The notes under the pieces were generated by a model. The model searched no databases. It was not told the DNA's origin and was given only the letters and a program-made list of their open reading frames with translations. From contig CAVSFZ010000017.1 in NCBI GenBank assembly GCA_963727235.1, forward strand, positions 9,407 to 73,406: a DNA stretch of 64,000 nt, in the 5' to 3' direction. The position numbers were made by a program, and so were the translations under genes. Positions within the stretch are counted from its first letter, which is position 1; the number at the start of each line of letters is the position of its first letter. The stretch comes from an uncultured Actinomycetes bacterium. Its GTDB lineage: Bacteria > Actinomycetota > Thermoleophilia > Gaiellales > JAICJC01. Positions 54,647 to 62,274 of this stretch are shown piece by piece.

Positions 54647-55312
54647 TCAGTCTTCGGCCTCGTACACCCGGCGTACCGTGCGCAGGCGGGCCTTCAACTC
54701 GGCCGGATGCTTCTCCCGCACCACCTTGCCGGCTTCTTCGGTCGCGTGCACGACCTCGCCGCCGCCAAGGTAGATGGCCACGTGATCGCCGTAGCAGAGC
54801 AGGTCGCCCGGCTGGGCGGAGCGCAGCGACACCTCACGCCCGGCGGTCTCCTGCTGATCGGAGTTGCGCGGCAGCAGCAGGCCAAACCGACGGTGCACGG
54901 TCTGCACCAGCCCCGAGCAGTCAAGTCCCACGACCGTGACCCCACCCCACTGATAGGGCGCATCCAGGAACATCAGCGCGGTCTCGGCGATGGCCTCGCC
55001 CGAGGCCTTGCGACGGGCTGCCGCCAGTGGCTCGGTGCGCAGTCCCGGCGCGGTCAGCCACGTACCGAGATAGCGGTCGGCGGCCTGCGGAACCACCACA
55101 ACGTGGGCGCGATCCTTGGGCAACGGCTCGCCCACCGAGTCGGCAGTGACGAAGCCCAGATATCCGTCGGCCAGCGTGACCGCGGCCCAGCCGTTGTTTC
55201 GCTCGGACACGTCCAGCGGATCGGCGAAAAGCGCCTGCGTCACCTGCTCGGAATCTTCATCAGCCGCCGCTCTCACGGGAACGAAAGGCAACACGCATGA
55301 GGCTTTCTCCAT
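54647..55312 (-). CDS. NlpC/P60 (C40) peptidase with N-terminal SH3b-like domain, no signal peptide
   Basis: YQWGGVTVVGLDCSGLVQTVHRRFGLLLPRNSDQQ...GDLLCYGDHVAIYLGGGEVVHA. The N-terminal VRAAADEDSEQVTQALFADPLDVSERNNGWAAVTLADGYLGFV resembles SH3_3. Confidence 0.8.
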   Translation of the reverse strand: MEKASCVLPFVPVRAAADEDSEQVTQALFADPLDVSERNNGWAAVTLADGYLGFVTADSVGEPLPKDRAHVVVVPQAADRYLGTWLTAPGLRTEPLAAARRKASGEAIAETALMFLDAPYQWGGVTVVGLDCSGLVQTVHRRFGLLLPRNSDQQETAGREVSLRSAQPGDLLCYGDHVAIYLGGGEVVHATEEAGKVVREKHPAELKARLRTVRRVYEAED

Positions 55313-55356
55313 CCCTACATTCTATCTGGGAGAGGCACCTCCGTGACGGGGTAACC

Positions 55357-55390
55357 GTGCTGGGAGGAGCAACTTCGCTCCTCCCAGCAC
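55357..55390 (-). terminator. 14-bp perfect hairpin 17 nt downstream of rplL (operon-end terminator candidate)
   Basis: GTGCTGGGAGGAGC (55357-55370), loop AACTTC, GCTCCTCCCAGCAC (55377-55390). There is no U-tract on the rplL strand. Confidence 0.5.
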
Positions 55391-55407
55391 CAATCAAGCG
55401 GCAAACG

Positions 55408-55782
55408 CTACTTGACCTCGACGGTTGCCCCGGCCTCCTCGAGCTTGGCCTTGATCTGGTCGGCCTCTTCCTTGGCGACGCCCTCCTTGACGGGCTTGGG
55501 AGCCTCGTCGGCGACCGCCTTGGCCTCCTTCAGGCCGAGCCCCGTGATCTCGCGGATGACCTTGATCACCGGGATCTTGTTGGGACCGGTCTCGGCCAGT
55601 ATCACGTCAAACGCCGTCTGCTCCTCGGCGGCCTCAGCAGCACCACCGCCGCCACCGCCGCCGGCAACCGCCACCGGAGCAGCCGCAGCAGCGCTCACGC
55701 CCCAGCGCTCTTCCAGTTCCTTCTTCAGATTGACGAGCTCGAGAACGGTCATCTCCTCGAGCTGCTCAGCTGTAACAGCCAT
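55408..55782 (-). CDS. rplL: 50S ribosomal protein L7/L12
   Basis: [29 protein letters not shown]...[16 protein letters not shown]. Confidence 0.97.
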   Translation of the reverse strand: MAVTAEQLEEMTVLELVNLKKELEERWGVSAAAAAPVAVAGGGGGGGAAEAAEEQTAFDVILAETGPNKIPVIKVIREITGLGLKEAKAVADEAPKPVKEGVAKEEADQIKAKLEEAGATVEVK

Positions 55783-55794
55783 GATCTCTCCTGT

Positions 55795-56325
55795 CTAGGC
55801 GGCCTCGGCCGCCTGTCGCTTTTCGATGTACTGATCGAGCACCACCAGGAACTCCCTGAGCGGTGCTGCGAGGGTGTTGTACGAGCCCTGCAGCGGCGAG
55901 GCCAAAGCCCCCACCACCTGCGCCTGGAGCACGTCGCGGGGCGGCAGATCACCGAGCTGTCGCACCTCGTCGGCCGTCAGCGTCTCGCCTTCGATGATCG
56001 CTCCGCGCACCTCCAAGATGCGCGTCTGGCGGGCGATCTCGCTGAGCTTCTTGGCAGCCCCAGCGGGGTCGTCGGTGACAAACGCGATCGCCGTCGGGCC
56101 CTGGAGCAAGGCCACCAGATCAGGCTTTTCCGCCTGGCCGGCGGCGATCCGGGCCAACGTGTTCTTGGCCACGGTCAGGCTTGCACCCGCCTCCCGCAAC
56201 TGATTTCGCACGTCGGCCAGCTGACCCACGCTGAGCCCGCGGTAGTCGGTCACGATCATCGAGTCCGCCCCGCGGATCATCTCGGTCAGCTTCTCGACCG
56301 CCGCGCGCTTCTCAGTCACATTCAT
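55795..56325 (-). CDS. rplJ: 50S ribosomal protein L10
   Basis: I chose the ATG at 56325, which lies 8 nt after AAGGAGG. The GTG at 56334 overlaps the SD. Sequence: MNVTEKRAAVEKLTEMIRGADSMIVTDYRGLSVGQL. Confidence 0.92.
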   Translation of the reverse strand: MNVTEKRAAVEKLTEMIRGADSMIVTDYRGLSVGQLADVRNQLREAGASLTVAKNTLARIAAGQAEKPDLVALLQGPTAIAFVTDDPAGAAKKLSEIARQTRILEVRGAIIEGETLTADEVRQLGDLPPRDVLQAQVVGALASPLQGSYNTLAAPLREFLVVLDQYIEKRQAAEAA

Positions 56326-56482
56326 GCACTTCACCTCCTTCGGTTCGTCGGGCGTCCACCTGGTGGTGGACGCGCACGAACCGAGAAGGTCGTACGAGGC
56401 CCCACCTGCGTCGGGTGTTTCGGTTTGAGCCCTGAGGCCCCGACGGTCTTCGGCGCGGACGCGATGTGAACAAGTCGTTGGT
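56326..56482 (-). promoter_or_regulatory. structured 5' leader of rplJ-rplL (candidate L10 autoregulatory leader)
   Basis: Nested hairpin directly abutting the SD: CGGTTCG(56341-47)/CGAACCG(56377-83) enclosing GCGTCCACC(56352-60)/GGTGGACGC(56365-73). A second 7-bp stem CGTCGGG/CCCGACG lies further upstream. Confidence 0.35.
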
Positions 56483-57193
56483 CTAGCTGGGAGTCTCCTC
56501 GAGCAGATCTCGAGTGCGGGTGGTGTCGAGGTGGATCCCCGGCCCCATCGTCGACGCCATCGTCACCGACTTCAGGTACCGGCCCTTGGCGGCGGCGGGC
56601 TTGACCCGCAGGATCTCCTCCAGCACCGCACCGTAGTTCTCGACCAGCGCCCGCTCATCGAACGACTTTTTGCCGATCGCGGTGTGCACGATCGCGGTGC
56701 GATCGGTGCGGTACTCGATCTTGCCGGACTTGATGTCCGAAACCGCCTTGCTGACATCGAAGGTGATGGTGCCGGCCTTGGGGCTCGGCATCTTGCCCTG
56801 CGGCCCGAGTACGCGGCCGAGCTTCCCGACGGTGCCCATCATGTCGGGCGTGGCGATCGCCACGTCGAAGTCCGAGAAGCCCTCCAGCACCTTGGCGGCG
56901 AGGTCCTCACCGCCGACATGATCGGCGCCGGCCTCCTCGGCCTCCTTGGCCTTCTCGCCCTGGGCGAACACGGCCACGGTCACCGAGGTGCCCGTGCCGT
57001 GCGGGAGGAACAGGGTGCCGCGAAGCTGCTGCTCGGCGTGACGGACGTTCAGGCCCAGCCGCATGTGCACCTCGACGGTCTCGTCGAACTTGGCCGTCTG
57101 CAGCGTCTTGAGCACCCGCACTGCATCCAGCGGCGCGTACAGCTTCTCGCGGTCGACCGCCTCGCGGGCAGCCTTGTATGCCTTGCCCGCCAT
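56483..57193 (-). CDS. rplA: 50S ribosomal protein L1
   Basis: [29 protein letters not shown]... Confidence 0.95.
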   Translation of the reverse strand: MAGKAYKAAREAVDREKLYAPLDAVRVLKTLQTAKFDETVEVHMRLGLNVRHAEQQLRGTLFLPHGTGTSVTVAVFAQGEKAKEAEEAGADHVGGEDLAAKVLEGFSDFDVAIATPDMMGTVGKLGRVLGPQGKMPSPKAGTITFDVSKAVSDIKSGKIEYRTDRTAIVHTAIGKKSFDERALVENYGAVLEEILRVKPAAAKGRYLKSVTMASTMGPGIHLDTTRTRDLLEETPS

Positions 57194-57621
57194 CAGCCCA
57201 CCACCTCCACACCCATCGAACGGGCGGTGCCGGCGATGATGTTGACCGCCGCATCCACGTCGTTGGCATTCAGGTCCGGCATCTTGGTCTCGGCGATCGA
57301 GCGCAGCTGGGCCTTGGTGATCCTGCCGACGGTCTCGCGGTTGGGCTCGCCAGAGCCCGCGGTGATGTTGAGCGCCTCCTTGATCAGCACCGCGGCCGGG
57401 GGCGTCTTGGTAATGAACGAGAACGACCGGTCCTCGAACACGCTGATCTCGACCGGGGTGACCCGGCCGTTGTTGGGGCCCTGCGTCTGGGCGTTGAACG
57501 CCTTGCAGAACTCCATGATGTTGACGCCGTGCTGACCCAGCGCGGGGCCCACCGGCGGGGCGGGGTTCGCCTGCCCTGCGGGGATCTGAAGCTTGATCAC
57601 CTTGATGATCTTCTTTGCCAT
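57193..57621 (-). CDS. rplK: 50S ribosomal protein L11
   Basis: [43 protein letters not shown]. Confidence 0.97.
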   Translation of the reverse strand: MAKKIIKVIKLQIPAGQANPAPPVGPALGQHGVNIMEFCKAFNAQTQGPNNGRVTPVEISVFEDRSFSFITKTPPAAVLIKEALNITAGSGEPNRETVGRITKAQLRSIAETKMPDLNANDVDAAVNIIAGTARSMGVEVVG

Positions 57622-57682
57622 TCCGTCTCCTTAGTGGTGCATGCGCGCCTCGAACGAGACGCTCCCACGATCGTGAGTGAAG

Positions 57683-58213
57683 CTAGATCTTCTTGACTTT
57701 GTCGAACTCCAGCTCGACCGGCACCTGACGCTCGAAGATCGAGACCAGCACCTTGAGCTTGCCCTGATCCTCGTTGATCTCGGCGATCTCGCCGTCGAAG
57801 TCTGCCAGCGGGCCGGAGGTGACCTTGACGCTCTCGCCCAGCTCGAACTCGGCCCGGCTCTTCTGAGGCGCCTGGGCGACGGCCTGGGCGACGTGCAGCA
57901 TACGGTCGACCTCGGGTTGGCTGAGCGGCACCGGCTTGTTCTGGGAGCCGACGAAGCCGGTCACGCCGGGAGTGTTCTTGACCAACACCCAGGCGTCATC
58001 GGTGAGATCCATGTTGACCAGCACGTATCCGGGCCACAGCCGGCGCTCGGTCTGCACCTTCTGGCCGTCCTTGGTCTCGACCACCGACTCGGTGGGGACG
58101 ACAATCCGGCGCACGACATTCTCTTGGCTCATCGATTTGACGCGGTGCTCGAGATTGGCCTTGACCTTGTTCTCGTGCCCCGAGTAGGTGTTGATCACGT
58201 ACCAGCGAAACAT
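57683..58213 (-). CDS. nusG: transcription termination/antitermination factor NusG
   Basis: MFRWYVINTYSGHENKVKANLEHRV and a C-terminal KOW GESVKVTSGPLADFDGEIAEIN. Confidence 0.95.
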   Translation of the reverse strand: MFRWYVINTYSGHENKVKANLEHRVKSMSQENVVRRIVVPTESVVETKDGQKVQTERRLWPGYVLVNMDLTDDAWVLVKNTPGVTGFVGSQNKPVPLSQPEVDRMLHVAQAVAQAPQKSRAEFELGESVKVTSGPLADFDGEIAEINEDQGKLKVLVSIFERQVPVELEFDKVKKI

Positions 58214-58232
58214 GTCCGTCCTTCGGCGCGGG

Positions 58233-58532
58233 TCAGTTTTGGAAATCGATCAGTCGCGTGGCGAGCCGCGCGAACAGCTGATCGAGACCGTACAGGTAGA
58301 GGCCGACCAGGAAGCAGGCGCCCAGCACGACCAAGGTCGCCTGGATCGTCTGCTGCCGGTTGAGGTAGTCGACTTTTGCGAGCTCGGCACGGACCTCACC
58401 GCTGAAGGCAAGGGTGCGCCGGTAGAGGCTCTTTTTTGCAACCGGCGCCCCGCCGGACTGGCTCTTCGCCCTCCCGGTTGTGGGAGCGGCCAAGCTGGTG
58501 CGAGACGACTGTCGATTCTTGTTTCGAGCCAT
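58233..58532 (-). CDS. secE: preprotein translocase subunit SecE
   Basis: Basic N-terminus, then GEVRAELAKVDYLNRQQTIQATLVVLGACFLVGLYLYGLD. It sits immediately upstream of nusG. Confidence 0.85.
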   Translation of the reverse strand: MARNKNRQSSRTSLAAPTTGRAKSQSGGAPVAKKSLYRRTLAFSGEVRAELAKVDYLNRQQTIQATLVVLGACFLVGLYLYGLDQLFARLATRLIDFQN

Positions 58533-58544
58533 GGGCGATCGCGG

Positions 58545-58709
58545 TTAGCGAGTCTCTCGGTGCGGAGTGTGCTTTCCGCACCACCGGCAGTACTTCGAGA
58601 ACTCGATCCTGTCAGGCGAGTTTCGCTTCGATTTGTTGGTTTGGTAGTTGCGCCGCTTGCATTCCGTGCAGGCAAGCGTCACATCCACTCGAACACCGGT
58701 CTTGGCCAC
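58545..58709 (-). CDS. rpmG: 50S ribosomal protein L33
   Basis: Start is trimmed to the GTG at 58709, with GAAGGAG upstream. Sequence is [53 protein letters not shown]. Confidence 0.9.
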   Translation of the reverse strand: MAKTGVRVDVTLACTECKRRNYQTNKSKRNSPDRIEFSKYCRWCGKHTPHRETR

Positions 58710-58801
58710 CGCGGAGGCACTCCTTCTTCGACAGGGAAGTACGGGCGCGACGTACGCGCCGATCAGGCAGGATACACGCGTTGACCAGACCTGAGCCCCC
58801 A

Positions 58802-59602
58802 ATGCGCGCGATCGAACTCGATCAGGTGTCGTACTGGCGGTTCAACCGGCGCACGGGCAGTCGCGACCAGATCTTGCGTGAGATCGACTGGCAAGTGGCC
58901 GCCGGGCAGCGCTGGACGGTGCTCGGCCCAAACGGCGCCGGCAAGAGCACGCTGTCGACGATCGCCGCCGCGCTCGGCCACCCCAGCTCGGGCACCGCCA
59001 CCATCCTGGGCGGGCGGCTGGGGGCGATCGACATGCGCGCCCTGCGCGAGCGGATCGGGTTCCTGGAGCCGAAAGCTGCCCGCCGCTTCTCCTCCATCCT
59101 GAGCTCTGCAGACGTCGTCCTGACCGGCGTCACCGCAACCTTCGTGGTGCGTCCCGACCGGCTCGGTAAGGCCGATCGCGAACGCGCCCAGCACCTGCTC
59201 GAGCGCTTCGGTATCGGTGAGCTGGCCACCCGTGCGCTGGGCACCCTGTCCCAGGGCGAGCGTCAGCGGGTGCTGCTGGCGCGGGCGCTGGTGGGCGACC
59301 CCGAGCTGCTGGTGCTGGACGAGCCGGCGGCCGCACTCGACCTCCCCGGCCGCGAGAGCGTGGTGGCTGCGCTGGAGGCCATCGCGGCCGATCACCCCGA
59401 TCGCACCACCGTCACTGTCACCCATCACGTCGAGGAGATTCCGCCCTCCACCACCCACGGGCTGCTGCTGCGCGACGGCGCCGTGACCGCCGCCGGGGCG
59501 ATCGCCCCGGTGCTGGCCGACGAGCCGATGAGCGCGTGCTTCGGGGCACCCGTGCGGATGCGGCGTGACGACGACGGTCGCTGGCTGGCGCGGGTTAGCT
59601 AG
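58802..59602 (+). CDS. ABC-type ATPase without adjacent permease (ModF/YlmA-like)
   Basis: Start is trimmed to the ATG at 58802. [36 protein letters not shown]. Confidence 0.8.
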   Translation: MRAIELDQVSYWRFNRRTGSRDQILREIDWQVAAGQRWTVLGPNGAGKSTLSTIAAALGHPSSGTATILGGRLGAIDMRALRERIGFLEPKAARRFSSILSSADVVLTGVTATFVVRPDRLGKADRERAQHLLERFGIGELATRALGTLSQGERQRVLLARALVGDPELLVLDEPAAALDLPGRESVVAALEAIAADHPDRTTVTVTHHVEEIPPSTTHGLLLRDGAVTAAGAIAPVLADEPMSACFGAPVRMRRDDDGRWLARVS

Positions 59603-59784
59603 TCGACACGAGTCGCGTACACCCACAGGATCACGCCGACCGTCATGAAGGCCGCCCCCGCGGTGATCAGCACGTGGCTGATCGTGACCGACGACGCGAC
59701 GAATCCAACTGCCGTCATCGCCACCCCGATCGCGAACACGACCTCGGTACGCACCCGCCGCCGATTCCCACGCGTCTGCACCAC
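59599..59784 (-). CDS. small (61 aa) two-TM membrane protein, hypothetical
   Basis: [61 protein letters not shown]. It lies 13 nt downstream of the AAA+ ATPase gene and shares a CTAG stop overlap with the convergent ABC ATPase gene. Confidence 0.5.
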   Translation of the reverse strand: MVQTRGNRRRVRTEVVFAIGVAMTAVGFVASSVTISHVLITAGAAFMTVGVILWVYATRVD

Positions 59785-59797
59785 CCAAGGGTATCGC

Positions 59798-60973
59798 TCA
59801 GGCGTAGGTGCGGCGCATGTACCGGTGAAACTGCGGAACCGTGAACGCGGTCAGGCCGTGGCCCGGGGTGTACAGCAGGCCCTTGTCGATCAGCCGTGCG
59901 CGGGTCGGGCCCAGCTGCTCGGAGCGGCGGTGCATGGCCTCGGCCACATCGCCCGTTCGATGAGGCCCGTGTCCCAGCTCGGCCATCACCCGCAGGTACT
60001 GGAGCTCCAGCTCGGTGGTGCGCTGCGTCCGCACCCGAAAGAAGCTCTCGTCCAGCGTGGCCTCGACCAGCGGGCGGGCGGCCTCGGCCGAGGCCAGCGT
60101 GATCTCGGTGTCGGCGGGCGCCAGATTCCAGACGATCTTGCCGTACTCCTGCAGGAAGTACGGGTAGCCCTCGGTGTATCTCACGATCAGGTCGACGGCG
60201 TCGGGGCTGAACGCCACGTCCAGCTCGGCCGCGGGCCGGGTGAGCGCCTCGCGGGCCTCGCGCTCGAGTCCCAGCCGGCCGATGTGGGGAAACCGGAACA
60301 GCCGCTCGGCGTAGGACTTGGCATCCCCCGCGAGCCGCGGGATCTGGGGCAGTCCGGCGCCGACCAGGGTCACCGGCAGGCTTCGCTGGACGGTCTTGTG
60401 CAGCGCCATGATCAGCCCCTCCAGCTCGGCCGGACGCAGGAACTGCACCTCGTCGATCAGAAACGCGACCCCGGTGCGGTGCTCGCGGGCGGCCTCTCCC
60501 AGAGCGATGAAGAGGTCGGTGAGGTCGTCACTGAGGTGGCCGCTGTCGGCGATTCCCGGGAGTGCCTCGACATCCAGCCCGGCCGTCAGCGTGCCTTCGC
60601 TCGAGACCGTCACCTGAAACGACTTGAGGATGCTCGCGGCCCGGCTCATGCGCTCACCCCAGCCCGCCCTGGGAGCGATCTGCAGCAGTGCCCGCCGCGA
60701 AAGCATCGCCATCCGCCGGCCGAACTCCTCGTTCTTGGTGATCTCGGCCTCGACGCTGACCCAGCCGCCCGAACGGGCGCGAGCTTCGAACTCGTTCAGC
60801 AGCACCGTCTTTCCGACGCCCCGCAGCCCGGTGATCAGCATCGATTGCTCGGTGTAGCCACGGGTCAGACGGGCCAGCAGGACATCGAACGCCTCCAGCT
60901 CGGCATCCCGGCCCACCAGCGCCGCCGGCCGAGCGCCGGCATTGGGTGTGTACGGGTTGAGACGGGGATCCAC
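59798..60973 (-). CDS. orphan AAA+/STAND-like ATPase with C-terminal winged-helix-like region (ORC/Cdc6- or Arch_ATPase-like)
   Basis: GTG start at 60973. LVGRDAELEAFDVLLARL, then Walker A GLRGVGKT, Walker B VAFLIDEVQ, and a C-terminal ELELQYLRVMAELG...TRARLIDKGLLY. Confidence 0.7.
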   Translation of the reverse strand: MDPRLNPYTPNAGARPAALVGRDAELEAFDVLLARLTRGYTEQSMLITGLRGVGKTVLLNEFEARARSGGWVSVEAEITKNEEFGRRMAMLSRRALLQIAPRAGWGERMSRAASILKSFQVTVSSEGTLTAGLDVEALPGIADSGHLSDDLTDLFIALGEAAREHRTGVAFLIDEVQFLRPAELEGLIMALHKTVQRSLPVTLVGAGLPQIPRLAGDAKSYAERLFRFPHIGRLGLEREAREALTRPAAELDVAFSPDAVDLIVRYTEGYPYFLQEYGKIVWNLAPADTEITLASAEAARPLVEATLDESFFRVRTQRTTELELQYLRVMAELGHGPHRTGDVAEAMHRRSEQLGPTRARLIDKGLLYTPGHGLTAFTVPQFHRYMRRTYA

Positions 60974-60982
60974 GATCGCATC

Positions 60983-61028
60983 TTATCGTGCTTATCACTA
61001 TTTATCGAACGTTGATAAAGTCGGATAA
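60983..61028. promoter_or_regulatory. phased array of five TTATC/GATAA boxes (three direct, two inverted) in an AT-rich upstream region
   Basis: TTATC at 60983, 60992 and 61002. GATAA at 61014 and 61024. Spacing is 9-12 bp. TTTATC-N7-GATAAA inverted repeat at 61001-61019. Confidence 0.45.
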
Positions 61029-61043
61029 ATCTGAAAAGACCGG

Positions 61044-61682
61044 TCACGCCGCCGACGGGTGGATCAGCGGCACCACCGGATCCCACCCCGCCCGCAGGAC
61101 GTCCACCAGCGAGCGCGGCGTCAACACGGTGGCATCGCCCGACCGCGCGCGCGTCCGGCGCTCGGTGTACCCCGCAGGCGTCCACGCCATCAACTGATCG
61201 CCCCACACCAGGTGCGGCTGCCACTGGCACAGCACGAACGCCCCGTCAGGCAGCCGATCCCACAGGTCGGTGTGACGACGCTGAGACTGGGTGACCGGCT
61301 CGATTCGCTCGAACTGCAACTGGGCATCGATGGCATCGGCGCCGATCTGGCCGGGATGGATCTCCCGCCAGATCTCACCGAAGCGGTTGTAGTCCTCCCG
61401 CCGGCACAACGCGCACGGCCGGTGGCCCGCCGCAAAGGCGGTGGCCTCGTCCAGGAAGAACAGCTCGGTGAAGCGACCCGGCTGCATCATCGGCCCGCGC
61501 TGCCACCCCCGGAACTCGAGCCTGCAGGCGATCCATCGGCGGCCGTTGTAGCGCCGCCGGATCCGCTGCTGGGAATCGTGCAGGCACCCGCGGTTCCCGT
61601 ACACCAACCCCCGGCCCGGATCCGCCACCAACTCACTCAGCGGCGTCACCCGGTTCTGTAACAACCTGTCACAACTCCGCAC
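61044..61682 (-). CDS. conserved-looking hypothetical protein with Cys/His cluster
   Basis: 212 aa. GNRGCLHD...RWIACRLEF...FTELFFLDEATAFAAGHRPCALCRREDY. I can name no family. Confidence 0.55.
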   Translation of the reverse strand: MRSCDRLLQNRVTPLSELVADPGRGLVYGNRGCLHDSQQRIRRRYNGRRWIACRLEFRGWQRGPMMQPGRFTELFFLDEATAFAAGHRPCALCRREDYNRFGEIWREIHPGQIGADAIDAQLQFERIEPVTQSQRRHTDLWDRLPDGAFVLCQWQPHLVWGDQLMAWTPAGYTERRTRARSGDATVLTPRSLVDVLRAGWDPVVPLIHPSAA

Positions 61683-61695
61683 CGATCAATGCCTG

Positions 61696-61726
61696 TGAAT
61701 AAAAGGTGCCTGGCACCTTTTATTCA
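61696..61726. repeat. palindromic repeat, copy f: TGAATAAAAGGTGCC-T-GGCACCTTTTATTCA
   Basis: 31/31 identical to copy b. It lies between the DUF1697 gene stop (61738) and the start of the 61044-61682 gene. Confidence 0.9.
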
Positions 61727-61737
61727 TGCGGGAGAGC

Positions 61738-62274
61738 TTAGCCGTTTGCAAGCTGGTGAATTTTCGTGATGGTGTTCCAGTTGCGATTGGTGGCCGCGGT
61801 GCCCAGCCGCTTATCGGTCAAGAGCTTGACCAAGCGGCTGTCGATCTGGCCCGGAGGACGCCACATGTAGAGCTCACGGCCGTGCAGCTGGAACCGCTCC
61901 GGCGCGTACTCGGCCGGGTCGATCTCCGCGAGCGCGTCCGGCGCCGGCTCGGACGCCAGGAAGCTGACGCTGTAGTACTTGAGCGGGTCGGCGATGCTGC
62001 TGTACGGATCGTGCTGGACGACCGCTCCCAGCTGCGCCGCGGTACGCACCACCACGCGCACCTCCATTCCGAGCTGCTGCTCAATCGCCCCGGACAGCCG
62101 TGACTCGACGGTGGACGCCGACACGCTCGCGTCCAGCACCACGTTCCCGCTCTGCAGCAGCGTGCGGACACCCTCAAACCCGAGGCCGTCGCAGAGCGCC
62201 CGCAGGTCGGCCATCGCGATCCGCTTGTTTCCGCCGACGTTGATCCCGCGCAACAGCGCCACGTAGCGGGTCAT
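61738..62274 (-). CDS. DUF1697 family protein
   Basis: MTRYVALLRGINVGGNKRIAMADLRALCDGLGFEGVRTLLQSGNVV, the characteristic DUF1697 N-terminus. Confidence 0.8.
   Translation of the reverse strand: MTRYVALLRGINVGGNKRIAMADLRALCDGLGFEGVRTLLQSGNVVLDASVSASTVESRLSGAIEQQLGMEVRVVVRTAAQLGAVVQHDPYSSIADPLKYYSVSFLASEPAPDALAEIDPAEYAPERFQLHGRELYMWRPPGQIDSRLVKLLTDKRLGTAATNRNWNTITKIHQLANG

Noticed and set aside
59599-59602. Convergent genes share a CTAG, so the stop codons overlap on both strands.
   Set aside because: This is a trivial consequence of a palindromic tetranucleotide and has no functional implication by itself.
60983-61028. The cluster of TTATC boxes resembles DnaA boxes (TTATCCACA) and could suggest a replication origin.
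   Set aside because: Only the first five bases match. No dnaA, dnaN or other origin-flanking genes are present. The tract is about 50 bp with no adjacent AT-rich unwinding element of the usual size. High-GC actinobacterial DnaA boxes, as I recall them, are TTGTCCACA-like. I kept it as a regulatory-site finding instead.
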